The notes beneath the pieces were generated by a model. It was not told where the DNA came from and searched no databases. It was given only the letters and a program-made list of their open reading frames with translations. Both the position numbers and the translations under genes were made by a program. From contig CAVXRD010000002.1 of the NCBI GenBank assembly GCA_963764165.1, positions 2,112,001 to 2,176,000 of the forward strand: DNA of 64,000 bases. Direction: 5' to 3'. Source of the DNA: an uncultured Verrucomicrobiae bacterium. Lineage in GTDB: Bacteria; Verrucomicrobiota; Verrucomicrobiia; Limisphaerales; Palsa-1400. This document shows positions 21,010 through 30,130 of the stretch, one piece after another; within the stretch, counting starts at the first letter, position 1; the number at the start of each line of letters is the position of its first letter.

Positions 21010-21299
21010 TCTTCTTCGCGTCGCAAGATTCCCAAGGCGCTTAGAACAACGTCGAGGTCGCTCAGGTTTCCCAGAATCCGGACAACAGGCGCCGGCGCGC
21101 ACTTGATGAGGGTGGGAGTGACCAGAATGCGGTCCTTATTCGCGCGTCCGGGTTGGGCGAGCACATCGATGACCTCGATACTGTGTTTGGACGCCAAATA
21201 TTGCTGGCATAAATCGCGCAGGTTGCCAATGGCCTTGGCCGAATTTGGCGCGCCTTTTGCCACATACAGCTTGAAATCAAAAATTTCTAATTGACTCAT
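21006..21299 (-). CDS. kaiB: KaiB-family protein
   Basis: LYVAKGAPNSAKAIGNL...IEVIDV...ILVTPTLIK..PAPVVRILGNLSD; RBS-like AGGAAAGG before ATG 21299. Confidence 0.92.
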   Translation of the reverse strand: MSQLEIFDFKLYVAKGAPNSAKAIGNLRDLCQQYLASKHSIEVIDVLAQPGRANKDRILVTPTLIKCAPAPVVRILGNLSDLDVVLSALGILRREEE

Positions 21300-21312
21300 T
21301 CCTTTCCTGTTT

Positions 21313-23139
21313 TTATATGCCTCCGGCATCGCCACCCCGCAAAGTCTGCACTTCGGATTGCCTTGCTTGGGCACTTTGCTCGCTTTCCTTTTCGATTCTC
21401 TGGACTTCGCGCCGCTCCCTTTGTTTTGCCTTTAGGGCGCTCTGCATCTTCTTTATTTCGGACGACAAGTGCGACTCTTCGGATTCCAAAATGGCGGCTC
21501 TGCGGGCGAATTCTTTATTCAGCTTCTTCTGCTCCGCTCTCATCTGGCCCTCCTTTTCCCACCGCAAGGTTCCCATCAGGACCGCGCCGCCGGCCGTATA
21601 AACATCCGCCAAAGTGATGCCCCGGTGGCTGAGGATCAGCTCCCTGACTTGATTGGAGTGGGAAGTGCCCCTTGACTTGATAATCGTGAGGGAGCGGTTT
21701 CGCTCTCCAGCGTGAACCAGATAGCTGAGGTGAATCCAAGTGTCCGCGATGGTCGAAATCTGTATTGCCGTTTCCTCGCGGTCTGGCTTGGCGTCCGCAA
21801 GCAGGCTGGTGAACACCATGGTTATCCCTTCGGATTTGCCCCAGTCGACCAACCGTTCAACGACGCTATGGGCCGTCAACTGGTTTCCCTGCTTGGCCAG
21901 CGCCGAGACCGGATCGATGACCAGGCAACGGGCCCCAAATTCCCGGACATGGCGCTTGATGGTAAGAAAGTGCGCCTCGGCGCTGCCTTCCCCTGAGCGG
22001 GCGGCCGTGACCCGTAACACGCCACTCTTCTCGTGCTTCCTCAAGGGCAGGCTGATTGAGGCAAGATTCCTCACCAATTCCTTGGGGTCCGAATCGAAAC
22101 TCACAAAAAGGGAACGCTCGCCCCTCTGGCAGGCGGCTGCCACAAAAGCTCCGCACAGGGTTGTCTTGGAGGTGCCGGGCGAACCGGTTACCAGCACGCT
22201 GGCACCCCGGAAATATCCTCCTCCAAGCATTGAATCCAAACGCTCCACGCCGGAAGAAACTCGCTCGGAGAAGACACGCGCCAGCGGCTTCAGCCTGCGT
22301 GATCCCGCAACTTCCAACCCTTCAGGCCCGATCATGAATGGAGACGCGTTCTCCGAAAAAGAGGAGCCGCGATACTTGATCACCTGAAGGCTTCGCTGTG
22401 AAACCCCCTGCGAAAGTTCATGATTTAGAGCAATGGCGCAATCCACCATGAACTGCATGAACCCCCAGGAACCTTGCCCGTCAGGATCCGCTTTTCCGCC
22501 GACGACTTTTGACGTGATCAACGCGGTCAATCCGTTCCTGAGCAGCCATTCGTGGAGGCGCAACGCTTCCCGCCGCTTGGCGGATTCGTCGCCCAACATG
22601 TCAAGCAAAACATCAAGCGAGTCAAACACAATCCTTTTGGCTCGCAAAGAGCGACATTTGGCGTCCAAATTGGCCAGAAGCCCCAAAAGATCGAATGCGC
22701 CGGAGTTTACCAGCTCCGTCGTAGGCTGCGCGTCCAGGAAAAAAAGACGCCGTTTTTGCAATTCGGGGATATTCCATCCAAATTTGGACGCATTTTCTAT
22801 GAGCCGCCGCGAATCCTCCTCGAACGCAACAAAAACCCCTGGTTCGCCGAATTGACGCGCCCCGTTCACCAAGGTTTGCAGCGCCAGCAGCGTCTTGCCG
22901 CACCCGGGCCCCCCGACTAACAACGAAACCCGCCCTCGGGGCAGCCCGCCGGACATAATATCATCAAGGCCTTCTATTCCAGTGGGAGTTTTGGCTTCAC
23001 GATTTGGGTCGATGTGGCTCACAAACAGAGAATGGGGCCATGGCCCAATCCGAGTCAATTGTTTCATTGCTTGGTTCGGTATCGGGAATTTTGGGCGCAT
23101 TCCTGTTGCGGACGGGCGTTGGGTGGGGTTTCGAATCAT
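21313..23139 (-). CDS. kaiC: KaiC-family double-domain ATPase with C-terminal coiled coil (true start probably 23067 or 23022)
   Basis: KTPTGIEGLD, CI Walker A GGPGCGKT, FEE, IKYRGS; CII GSPGTSKT, QISTIADTW, IKSRGTSHSNQVRE; charged helical tail. Confidence 0.93.
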   Translation of the reverse strand: MIRNPTQRPSATGMRPKFPIPNQAMKQLTRIGPWPHSLFVSHIDPNREAKTPTGIEGLDDIMSGGLPRGRVSLLVGGPGCGKTLLALQTLVNGARQFGEPGVFVAFEEDSRRLIENASKFGWNIPELQKRRLFFLDAQPTTELVNSGAFDLLGLLANLDAKCRSLRAKRIVFDSLDVLLDMLGDESAKRREALRLHEWLLRNGLTALITSKVVGGKADPDGQGSWGFMQFMVDCAIALNHELSQGVSQRSLQVIKYRGSSFSENASPFMIGPEGLEVAGSRRLKPLARVFSERVSSGVERLDSMLGGGYFRGASVLVTGSPGTSKTTLCGAFVAAACQRGERSLFVSFDSDPKELVRNLASISLPLRKHEKSGVLRVTAARSGEGSAEAHFLTIKRHVREFGARCLVIDPVSALAKQGNQLTAHSVVERLVDWGKSEGITMVFTSLLADAKPDREETAIQISTIADTWIHLSYLVHAGERNRSLTIIKSRGTSHSNQVRELILSHRGITLADVYTAGGAVLMGTLRWEKEGQMRAEQKKLNKEFARRAAILESEESHLSSEIKKMQSALKAKQRERREVQRIEKESEQSAQARQSEVQTLRGGDAGGI

Positions 23140-23387
23140 TGGAGACGAACCGTGCGGGTTTGTCCTGCTGCTCTAATCAGGTTCGCCCCGGTTGATTTCC
23201 ACGGTCTAGCCCCTAAACTCCAAACAGGCAATGAAGGAAATAAAGAAGACAACAGGGACTGTGCTCCTTGCGGAGAGTGACGAGAAGGCGGTCATTCCGG
23301 CTCGCCTCGGGCTGCTTGACCTGTTTCCGCACTTGTCAATACAGCCTGTGAATTCGGGGCAAGAGTGTTTGGAATACCTAAAAGGCT

Positions 23388-23777
23388 CAGCCCACCGCTA
23401 ACTTCGAGGCCCTATCTCGCGAAGTCTCGGTCTTCAACACGCCATTGCCTGATGCTGACGGAGACGGCATTGACGACGTTTATGAGGCAAACCACGGAAT
23501 TCCGCCCGGCGGCGCCAACCAACCGTCCGGCTTCACGGATGATTTTCCCAACAATACCGGAAACCCGCTTACATGGCTCCAGTTGTATCGTCTGACCTTC
23601 GGGCAAAACAGGAATCTCTACGACACCGTCAGCCGCGAGGTCTCTGTTTTCAACTTTGGCCAGCCGACCGCCAATTACGAGGCCATTTCACGCGAAGTGT
23701 CCGTTTTCAACTTCGGCCAGCCCACTGCGACTTACGAAGCCATTTCCAGAGAAGTTTCCGTCTTCAACGAACCTTGA
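23388..23777 (+). pseudogene. 3' fragment of a secreted-protein gene with SREVSVFN(FGQPTAxYEAI) repeats and a DADGDGIDD motif
   Basis: Frame is open from just after a TAA at 23379; four SREVSVFN units, three of them tandem at 57-bp spacing; no signal peptide or convincing start. Confidence 0.65.
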
Positions 23778-23802
23778 ACTAGCAACGATTCCAAAAGACC
23801 AT

Positions 23803-24972
23803 ATGAAAAACATGATTCGATTCCTTGTCGTCGCCGCATTGTATTTTGCGGCGCATACTTCGTCAGTATTCGCGCAGCTCAACGTTCCAAGCGACGGCTC
23901 AGATGGCGCGCTCAACGTCACAACGAACACAGTGATAGATCTCAGCGAGGCAAGCTACGGGACGTGGAGTGATGACAACTCCGCAAACATCGGCAATGGA
24001 GTCTATGATCCGGAGAAGTGGGCAGTGGTTTTTAAATATTCTTCCGTTACCATCGCTCCAGGCGCGACGGTATCGTTTCTCAACCATCCGAGCCATGCTC
24101 CGGTAGTATGGTTGGTGCAAAGCAATGTAGTAGTTAATGGCGCCGTCAGTTTGGATGGGCAAGGAATTGTATACGCCTATCCAAACTATCTATTGCCAAA
24201 CGAGCCGGGCCCGGGGGGGTTCCGAGGCGGAGCTGCGTCCGCCACCGGTTATGGTGACGGATATGGACCTGGCGGTGGGCGTCATGCCGGAAGCTACGGA
24301 AGCACCTACGGGAACCCTGAAATTCTGCCGTTGTTAGGCGGATCAGGCGGCCCGGCATACAATTGCGGTAGCGCTTTTTCCGGACCGTCACCCGGGGGTG
24401 CAGTCTTAATCGCCGCGTCCGGGAGTATCACCGTGAATGGACAGATAACAGCCCTGGGTAATGGTTATGGGTTCCAGTTTTGCTATGATGGTAGTTCTGG
24501 AGACGGAGCCATCCGAATTATTGCCGATCAAGTTCTGGGAACTGGAGCGGTTAATGCAAACGGTGGACGAACCCGCGTGGAGGCAAATTCAATTTCATCC
24601 AACCTCGTAATTACACCCAACACGGTGACGGTTCCCCCAGGGGCGACTCCCGCGATTTGGCCGGCAACCAACGCGCCCACGATTACGGTAGTAAGCGTGA
24701 ACAACGTCACCGCGCCCGCAGATCCACTTGCCGCTGTGGCCACTTCGTCTGACGTCAATATCGCTGCGAACTACGCAGTAAACATCATCATCCAATCTCA
24801 GTATTTTCCCCCAGACGGCACCATTTCGGTGCGCATAGCCCCGAAATATGGCGGAGCCTCTACGGTCAACGCCGTTAACACAGGAGGGACATTTACTAAC
24901 GCCACCTGGTTAGCCTCCACCGTTCTGCCCCAAGGCTTTTGTGTCATCCAAGCCCACGCCACATCGCCATAA
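23803..24972 (+). CDS. Secreted glycine-rich hypothetical protein
   Basis: MKNMIRFLVVAALYFAAHTSSVFA|Q signal peptide; SDGSDGALNV, PGPGGFRGG, LLGGSGG motifs. Confidence 0.8.
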   Translation: MKNMIRFLVVAALYFAAHTSSVFAQLNVPSDGSDGALNVTTNTVIDLSEASYGTWSDDNSANIGNGVYDPEKWAVVFKYSSVTIAPGATVSFLNHPSHAPVVWLVQSNVVVNGAVSLDGQGIVYAYPNYLLPNEPGPGGFRGGAASATGYGDGYGPGGGRHAGSYGSTYGNPEILPLLGGSGGPAYNCGSAFSGPSPGGAVLIAASGSITVNGQITALGNGYGFQFCYDGSSGDGAIRIIADQVLGTGAVNANGGRTRVEANSISSNLVITPNTVTVPPGATPAIWPATNAPTITVVSVNNVTAPADPLAAVATSSDVNIAANYAVNIIIQSQYFPPDGTISVRIAPKYGGASTVNAVNTGGTFTNATWLASTVLPQGFCVIQAHATSP

Positions 24973-25094
24973 CGTAGGCAAAGCCACATCCAAATCGCGG
25001 CTCTGTCATCAATTCGTTCCAATTTACGCTGCGAACGCAATTCCCCGCGCGAGAAATCCTAAATACGAATCCCCGGCGAGGCGGGACGGGTCAA

Positions 25095-25110
25095 GGTGGA
25101 GGCGACGGGA
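25095..25110 (-). repeat. Partial duplication of the tmRNA 3' end (att scar)
   Basis: ggtggaggcgacggga versus ggtggaggcggcggga at 26014-26029 (15/16 identical, same orientation). Confidence 0.65.
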
Positions 25111-25474
25111 AAACAGGGCGCACAACCTTGACGCGGAACGCCGCGCCATACAATCGCCACACCGGATTTTCGCGCCCACGCCCCTGATTCGGGAGGCAGG
25201 AATCATCAGTGGAAATGACCGCATTCACGTTCCGCGTGTCTGACCTTGTCCCTTTTTTTCCGCGAATGCTGACCGGCCTTCTTGTGAAAGCGCTCCGAAG
25301 CTTGCTCGGATTCAGCACGTTCACGTTGCTGTTCCTGCCATTTTAACATGCGGCTGGCGGCCTCCTCGTGCGCGTAAAAGCGCACACGGGCATGCTCATT
25401 CAGTTTCTTCATGGCCGCCATTTCCCGCTCGTAATCATTTCCCTCGTAAAGAACGAAGGCGCGGCGCACGTCGG

Positions 25475-25963
25475 CTTCCCGAGTCGGCTGCGCAAATCCT
25501 TAATGTAAACCTCACTCAGGCCATCCGCCTTTTTGGCCGCCAACAATTGGGTCACGACTTCCGTGGACAGTTTGCGGGGAAGATTCGCCGGGTGGTGTTT
25601 TGCAAATAACCGGGCGGCGTCAAGAATCGACCCGCCCGCCAAAATCTTCGTCGCTTCGGCAAATTGAATCGCAGCGAGTTCAAGAGGAACGCCAGTCGGT
25701 TTCAGAGACTCAACGGCGCGCACATACGCCAGACGGTCATGGCTGTTCAAAGTGAGCGCGTCAAGTTCGCCAATCGAAAGTTTGCTCGCCGTGACCTCGG
25801 CTTCGGTGATTGCCAATTCCAAATCGGCAAAGGCTTTACGCTGGCGCTTTTCGCCAAGGTAATGAACCACGGTGAACGACTCGCAACCGTTGGTTGGGGT
25901 TTTTTAGATTTTGACCGTGGTGTGGCCCCGCTTTATTACCATGGGAAACTTTGGCTTCGACAT
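25475..25963 (-). pseudogene. Tyrosine integrase N-terminal remnant with internal stop; catalytic domain deleted
   Basis: MSKPKFPMVIKRGHTTVKI*KTP...RQRKAFADLE...LLAAKKADGLSEVYIKDLRSRLGK resembles arm/core-binding integrase N-termini; starts 50 bp from the tmRNA 3' end. Confidence 0.65.
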
Positions 25964-26012
25964 GGGAAATTGTCAGGAATTGCAGCAAAATACTGAAAAC
26001 ACGAGGAAAAAA

Positions 26013-26365
26013 TGGTGGAGGCGGCGGGAGTTGAACCCGCGTCCCTGCCAAACAAACCGGCCGCGACTACATGCTTAGTCAGAAGAGAGTCTTAGCATCT
26101 GGATGCCGTTCTGACGCGAATCCAACTGCCCAGCCTGCATGAAATTATTTCGGCGAACCGCGCGCAGACTCCGCGTTCCGCCTAACCTGCTGTCGCGTCC
26201 ATCTCCCGTAGCAGGTGTCCAGGAGCGGACGTCGCAGCGCATTAGGCCGCGAGGGCTAATTCTTCGTTAGCTATTAATTTTTGGTGCGATTTTTTACGAG
26301 GCCAACGTACCATCCTCGGCATGCCGCCTCCAGCGTATTTCTCAGGTCGAAACCAGTACGCCCCC
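26013..26365 (-). ncRNA. ssrA: tmRNA; tag peptide (A)ANEELALAA
   Basis: 5' GGGGGCGTACTGGTTTCGAC and 3' GTTCAACTCCCGCCGCCTCCACCA form an Ala-type acceptor stem with G3-U; tag ORF GCT AAC GAA GAA TTA GCC CTC GCG GCC TAA at 26271-26242. Confidence 0.97.
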
Positions 26366-26380
26366 ATAAGTGGCATTCGC

Positions 26381-26409
26381 AGTATCGGTCCGAGGGAGCG
26401 CGATGTCAA
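26381..26409 (-). promoter_or_regulatory. sigma70-type promoter for ssrA
   Basis: TTGACA-17 bp-GATACT just upstream of the mature 5' end. Confidence 0.7.
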
Positions 26410-26475
26410 GCCAGCCACCAATCCCGTCCCCGACCTAAAATAATGACTGAGACGCGAGGACCGAGGAGTGAACGG

Positions 26476-26788
26476 CTAGTGTAGTGTCTCTTAAATAACT
26501 GGAGATTCGTTGCGCCGCCTTTGGCCTGTGGCTAGGCAGCCCGCCTGGGGCGGGCAGCGCATCTCTGTTCTGACTCGACGAAGGAGCATCCCCTCATGGG
26601 GCTGTGACTGAGGAGCAACGACGCCACAGGCCAAAGGCGGCGCAAACCGCAGGGCGGCAGGTCTTTTTGACGCAGGCCGCGTTGCTCGCTCCTCACAGAT
26701 CCTTTGAGATATGCTCGTCGTTCGCGCCTTGCCTGCGTCAAAAATCCCTTGCCGCGAATCTCCAGCTATTTAAGAGACACTACACTAG
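26476..26788. mobile_element. MITE with 34-bp terminal inverted repeats, IS630-like ends
   Basis: ctagtgtagtgtctcttaaataactggagattcg (26476-26509) and its inverse at 26755-26788 with 1 mismatch; no transposase; internal nested inverted repeats. Confidence 0.85.
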
Positions 26789-26800
26789 AAACATTACCTT

Positions 26801-26892
26801 TTGTTACCGGCGTGTTACCAATTTGTAGCGGCGTAACTGCCTTGCAATCAACGATGTAACCGATGTTACCGCTTTTTGGAGACGATATCATT
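26801..26892 (+). repeat. Dispersed repeat, copy A (TGTtRC units at 11-bp spacing plus conserved tail)
   Basis: Same architecture recurs at 53536-53640 (-), 53751-53823 (+) and partially at 53391-53420. Confidence 0.6.
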
Positions 26893-27001
26893 ATTCGCAT
26901 TTGAGGATATTTGGGCGGAAATACAAGTCCGCCCTTCCAAATTACGGCAAGGCTGCGCTGCGGCGCCGACCTAATATTAGTGAGAGCCTCCGAGAATTTC
27001 A

Positions 27002-27022
27002 TAGTTGACTATTTGGTCTAAT
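27002..27022. promoter_or_regulatory. Putative TetR operator 1 (upstream of tetR)
   Basis: tagttgactatttggtctaat; 20/21 identical to the inverted site at 27801-27821; TAGAC..GTCAA dyad resembling the NemR box. Confidence 0.75.
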
Positions 27023-27128
27023 TGGCTACGTTATAGGGCTGGCAACGGCGGAAAATCGTTGGCTGCGAAGGATATGAATTGGAAAAGCAGAGCAGGATTT
27101 TAATTTTCATGCGGATGCCAAAAGCGTT

Positions 27129-27761
27129 ATGGGCCGAGTAAGCGATGCAAAAGAGCGATTGATGCAAGCGGTGTTGGAACTGATCTGGACCGGTTCCTAC
27201 TGCAGCACCACGATTGACCAAATCTGCGAGAAGGCGGAGGTCAAGAAGGGCAGTTTTTACTATTTTTTTGATTCCAAGGCGGATTTGGCGGTGGCTGCGT
27301 TTGACGCCAATTGGGAGGTGAAACGCGCCGAGCTGGACAGTATTTTTTCCGCGTCCATTCCCCCGCTGGAACGACTGCAAAAGTATTGCGATTTCAATTA
27401 TCGAAATCAGAGCGCCTTGAAGGAGAAATACGGGCGGGTTTTGGGGTGCATTCACTTCGCCCTCGGGTGCGAAGTTTCGTCGCTGGAAGATCAGTTGCGC
27501 CAGAAGGTGGAGGACATGCTTGCACATAAGCGCAAGTATCTGGAATCCGCCATTCGAGACGCTCACGCCAGCGGCGTCATCAATGTACCCGATGCCGAAT
27601 GCAAAGCGAAAATCATTCAGGCATATTTCGAAGGTGTTCTGACCCAGGCGCGCATTCAGAATGACGTTTCCGTTCTTCGGGACGCGCCGCGCGGCATCTT
27701 TACCATCCTCGGCATCAAGCAGTTACCGGCCTTGGCCGCTCCGGCGAATTACGCTATTTAA
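27129..27761 (+). CDS. TetR/AcrR-family regulator, NemR-like, cysteine-rich
   Basis: TTIDQICEKAEVKKGSFYYFFDSKADL HTH; GCIHFALGCE. Confidence 0.9.
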   Translation: MGRVSDAKERLMQAVLELIWTGSYCSTTIDQICEKAEVKKGSFYYFFDSKADLAVAAFDANWEVKRAELDSIFSASIPPLERLQKYCDFNYRNQSALKEKYGRVLGCIHFALGCEVSSLEDQLRQKVEDMLAHKRKYLESAIRDAHASGVINVPDAECKAKIIQAYFEGVLTQARIQNDVSVLRDAPRGIFTILGIKQLPALAAPANYAI

Positions 27762-27800
27762 GTGGTCACTAACTATTTTTTGCGATTTTTTGAACATTTT

Positions 27801-27821
27801 ATTAGACTAAATAGTCAACTA
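27801..27821. promoter_or_regulatory. Putative TetR operator 2 (upstream of sigma factor)
   Basis: attagactaaatagtcaacta, inverted near-copy of operator 1. Confidence 0.75.
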
Positions 27822-27932
27822 GTATGGTGACGAAGCGATTTCGATCCAAACGCAGAGAGGGTTCTGAGGGCCAAACGACTAGGAACGCGCGCGGCGCGGG
27901 TGTATCGAAGGTTCGCCACTAAGAAAGACTTT

Positions 27933-28976
27933 ATGGTCAGCATCTCATTCAAACGAAATCGGAGTCAGGTTCAAAAACCCCGCAATCCCAAGGCAGGCAG
28001 CGGTTCGCGCCTGGCGCGGCATCGCCGCACTGCGGTGGCGGACACCGTTGAGGTTGAGCCCCTCCCAATGGTTGCGCCGAAAATTGTGGTCGAGCGCGCT
28101 GCATCCGCGACGGAAGCGGAGCCGGTTCCCCAACCTCGCGGCGATACCCTGCAATTGTATCTCAACGAAATCGGGAGGGTCAAACTGCTGACGCGCGAAG
28201 AGGAAATCGTGCTCGCCAAGCGCATCAAGAAGGGCGACAAACGCGCGCGCGAACAAATGATCACCGCCAATTTGCGCTTGGTGGTCAAGATTGCCCGCGA
28301 TTACGAAGGCCTTGGCCTGCCGCTGCTCGATTTGATCAACGAAGGCAACATCGGCCTGATGAAGGGCGTGGAGCGTTTCGACCCGAAGAAAGGGGCCAAG
28401 CTCTCGACTTACGCCGCCTGGTGGATCAAGCAGGCGATCATGGCCGCGCTGGCCAATCAATCCAAGACGATTCGCCTTCCGGCGCACGTCGTAGAGCGCC
28501 TGGCCAAAATGCGCAAGGCGGAAGTCTTATTGCGCGACACCTTTGACCGCGAACCGACCGACCAGGAATTGGCGGATCATTTGGGTTTGGATACGCGCCG
28601 GGTCCGGCAATATCGGCAGGCGGCCAAAGCGCCGGTTTCGCTGGACGCGCCGCTGGGCGAAGACGAGCCGAACCGGATTTCAGACGTCGTGGCGGACCCG
28701 AACGCGGCCGCGCCCTTCGACCGCATCGTGCAGGAGAATGACGCTGGCCTAGTGCGGGACGCCTTGGCGCGCCTGACGGAACGCGAGACGGCGATTCTCG
28801 GATTGCGATTCGGATTGGACGGGCAGAAGCCCAAGACGCTGGAGGAAATCGGCGCGCAATTCAAATTATCGCGCGAGCGCATCCGGCAAATCCAGGACGA
28901 AGCGCTGATCAAAATGCGCGCGCAAATCGAAGAGAGCGACGCGCCGATGCTCGAAGCGGATGCGCTGGCTGCGTAA
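27933..28976 (+). CDS. sigma70-family (RpoD/RpoS-like, group 2) RNA polymerase sigma factor lacking region 1.1
   Basis: [56 protein letters not shown]...SRERIRQI. Confidence 0.92.
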   Translation: MVSISFKRNRSQVQKPRNPKAGSGSRLARHRRTAVADTVEVEPLPMVAPKIVVERAASATEAEPVPQPRGDTLQLYLNEIGRVKLLTREEEIVLAKRIKKGDKRAREQMITANLRLVVKIARDYEGLGLPLLDLINEGNIGLMKGVERFDPKKGAKLSTYAAWWIKQAIMAALANQSKTIRLPAHVVERLAKMRKAEVLLRDTFDREPTDQELADHLGLDTRRVRQYRQAAKAPVSLDAPLGEDEPNRISDVVADPNAAAPFDRIVQENDAGLVRDALARLTERETAILGLRFGLDGQKPKTLEEIGAQFKLSRERIRQIQDEALIKMRAQIEESDAPMLEADALAA

Positions 28977-29005
28977 GGCAAATTAGCTATAAGATTCTCA
29001 AAGAT

Positions 29006-29046
29006 CGCGCCGGAGGAATTAGCATTCCCCGGCGCGTTCGTGTTTC
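29006..29046 (+). terminator. Probable intrinsic terminator after sigma gene
   Basis: cgcgccgg-a-ggaat-tagc-attcc-ccggcgcg followed by ttcgtgttt. Confidence 0.6.
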
Positions 29047-29166
29047 GATTTCGATCCGGAATCATTGATCTCCGCTCTGATCGACAAGTGTTGGCTTACC
29101 CGCATAATAATGTCAGATTAGTCACGGCGTCGACGTCTTGAACATGCCTTGGGCAGAAGGCGAGAT

Positions 29167-29595
29167 ATGGAGCAGAAGGCAGACATACAGCGGAAGCGCA
29201 CAAATTACGCACGACGCACTTTCGGTGTCGTAATCGCGGCATTGCCGCTGGCGATTTCGTTGGCATCAGGAGTTTTTGGCCTCTTGCAGCATCGCCAGTC
29301 CAGCTTAGCCGGTCTTGGGTTCATGGTTCCAGCCGTTGTCGTCGCGGTTATCAACTTCTCCCTTTCTTTTATTCGGCCCATTTGGTTTCGTTTCCGGCAT
29401 GGATCAATGAGTGGCTACCGTCGCGTCTCGGGGATCCCGATGTTCGGCAGCATTTTAATTGCGCTTGGTTCATTGCTTTGTTTCGGAGCCCTCGGCGGTG
29501 CATTGATTGGCTGCGCATCTTTTTGCATTGATACTGGGGGTAGCGGTTGGTTCGTCGTCGCAACTTGGAAAGACCGATCACTCTGGGATTCGTGA
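29167..29595 (+). CDS. Hypothetical membrane protein (about 4 TM)
   Basis: Several hydrophobic segments; VSGIP and DTGG..WF motifs. Confidence 0.6.
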   Translation: MEQKADIQRKRTNYARRTFGVVIAALPLAISLASGVFGLLQHRQSSLAGLGFMVPAVVVAVINFSLSFIRPIWFRFRHGSMSGYRRVSGIPMFGSILIALGSLLCFGALGGALIGCASFCIDTGGSGWFVVATWKDRSLWDS

Positions 29596-29625
29596 TCTGA
29601 AACTAATGGCTGACGGGCAGTCCGT

Positions 29626-30102
29626 TTATTGAAACAGCTCCCTCGATTCTCTCCGAAATGGGTTCAGGTCCACCACCCTTAAAACGGTGATGCGGCTGCA
29701 AGTGAACGAAACCTCATGCCGCAGACACGTGCCACCCCACGCCACTCGAAATCGGCGCTCCTTTCCGAATGGTTCAGCCAGCGTAATCGAGAGAGCCATG
29801 ATCGGATTCTGGTGATTAAATCCGTCGATGCGCAATTCATCCAGGCTCTCGAAAAGAAACTCCGCGGTACCCTGCTTCCGATCTCGGTCGGTCGGCGTCT
29901 TATTTGTGTCAAATATAAGGAAGATTGCCCGCAGGTCGACGATGGTTGCTGAGACAACGGCGCGGTCAAGGGTGATCGACAAAACTTCAAAATCGTGAAA
30001 TGTCGGCCAATAACCGAGATGTTCGATAAAGAGTTCGCGACCTGAAATCAGCGCGAGGGTTTCCGGGGAAATCGGAGTGTTGAATGATTGCTCGGGAGTC
30101 AT
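29626..30102 (-). CDS. Imm50-like immunity protein
   Basis: GYWPTFHDFEVLSITLDR and IDGFNHQNPI motifs recalled as typical of Imm50. Confidence 0.7.
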   Translation of the reverse strand: MTPEQSFNTPISPETLALISGRELFIEHLGYWPTFHDFEVLSITLDRAVVSATIVDLRAIFLIFDTNKTPTDRDRKQGTAEFLFESLDELRIDGFNHQNPIMALSITLAEPFGKERRFRVAWGGTCLRHEVSFTCSRITVLRVVDLNPFRRESRELFQ

Positions 30103-30130
30103 TTGTTTGTTGAACTAGGTCCCGTCCAAA

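Noticed and set aside
23631..23770. 57-bp tandem units as a possible CRISPR array
   Set aside because: The units vary mainly at synonymous positions and encode a conserved peptide; there are no unique spacers and no cas genes.
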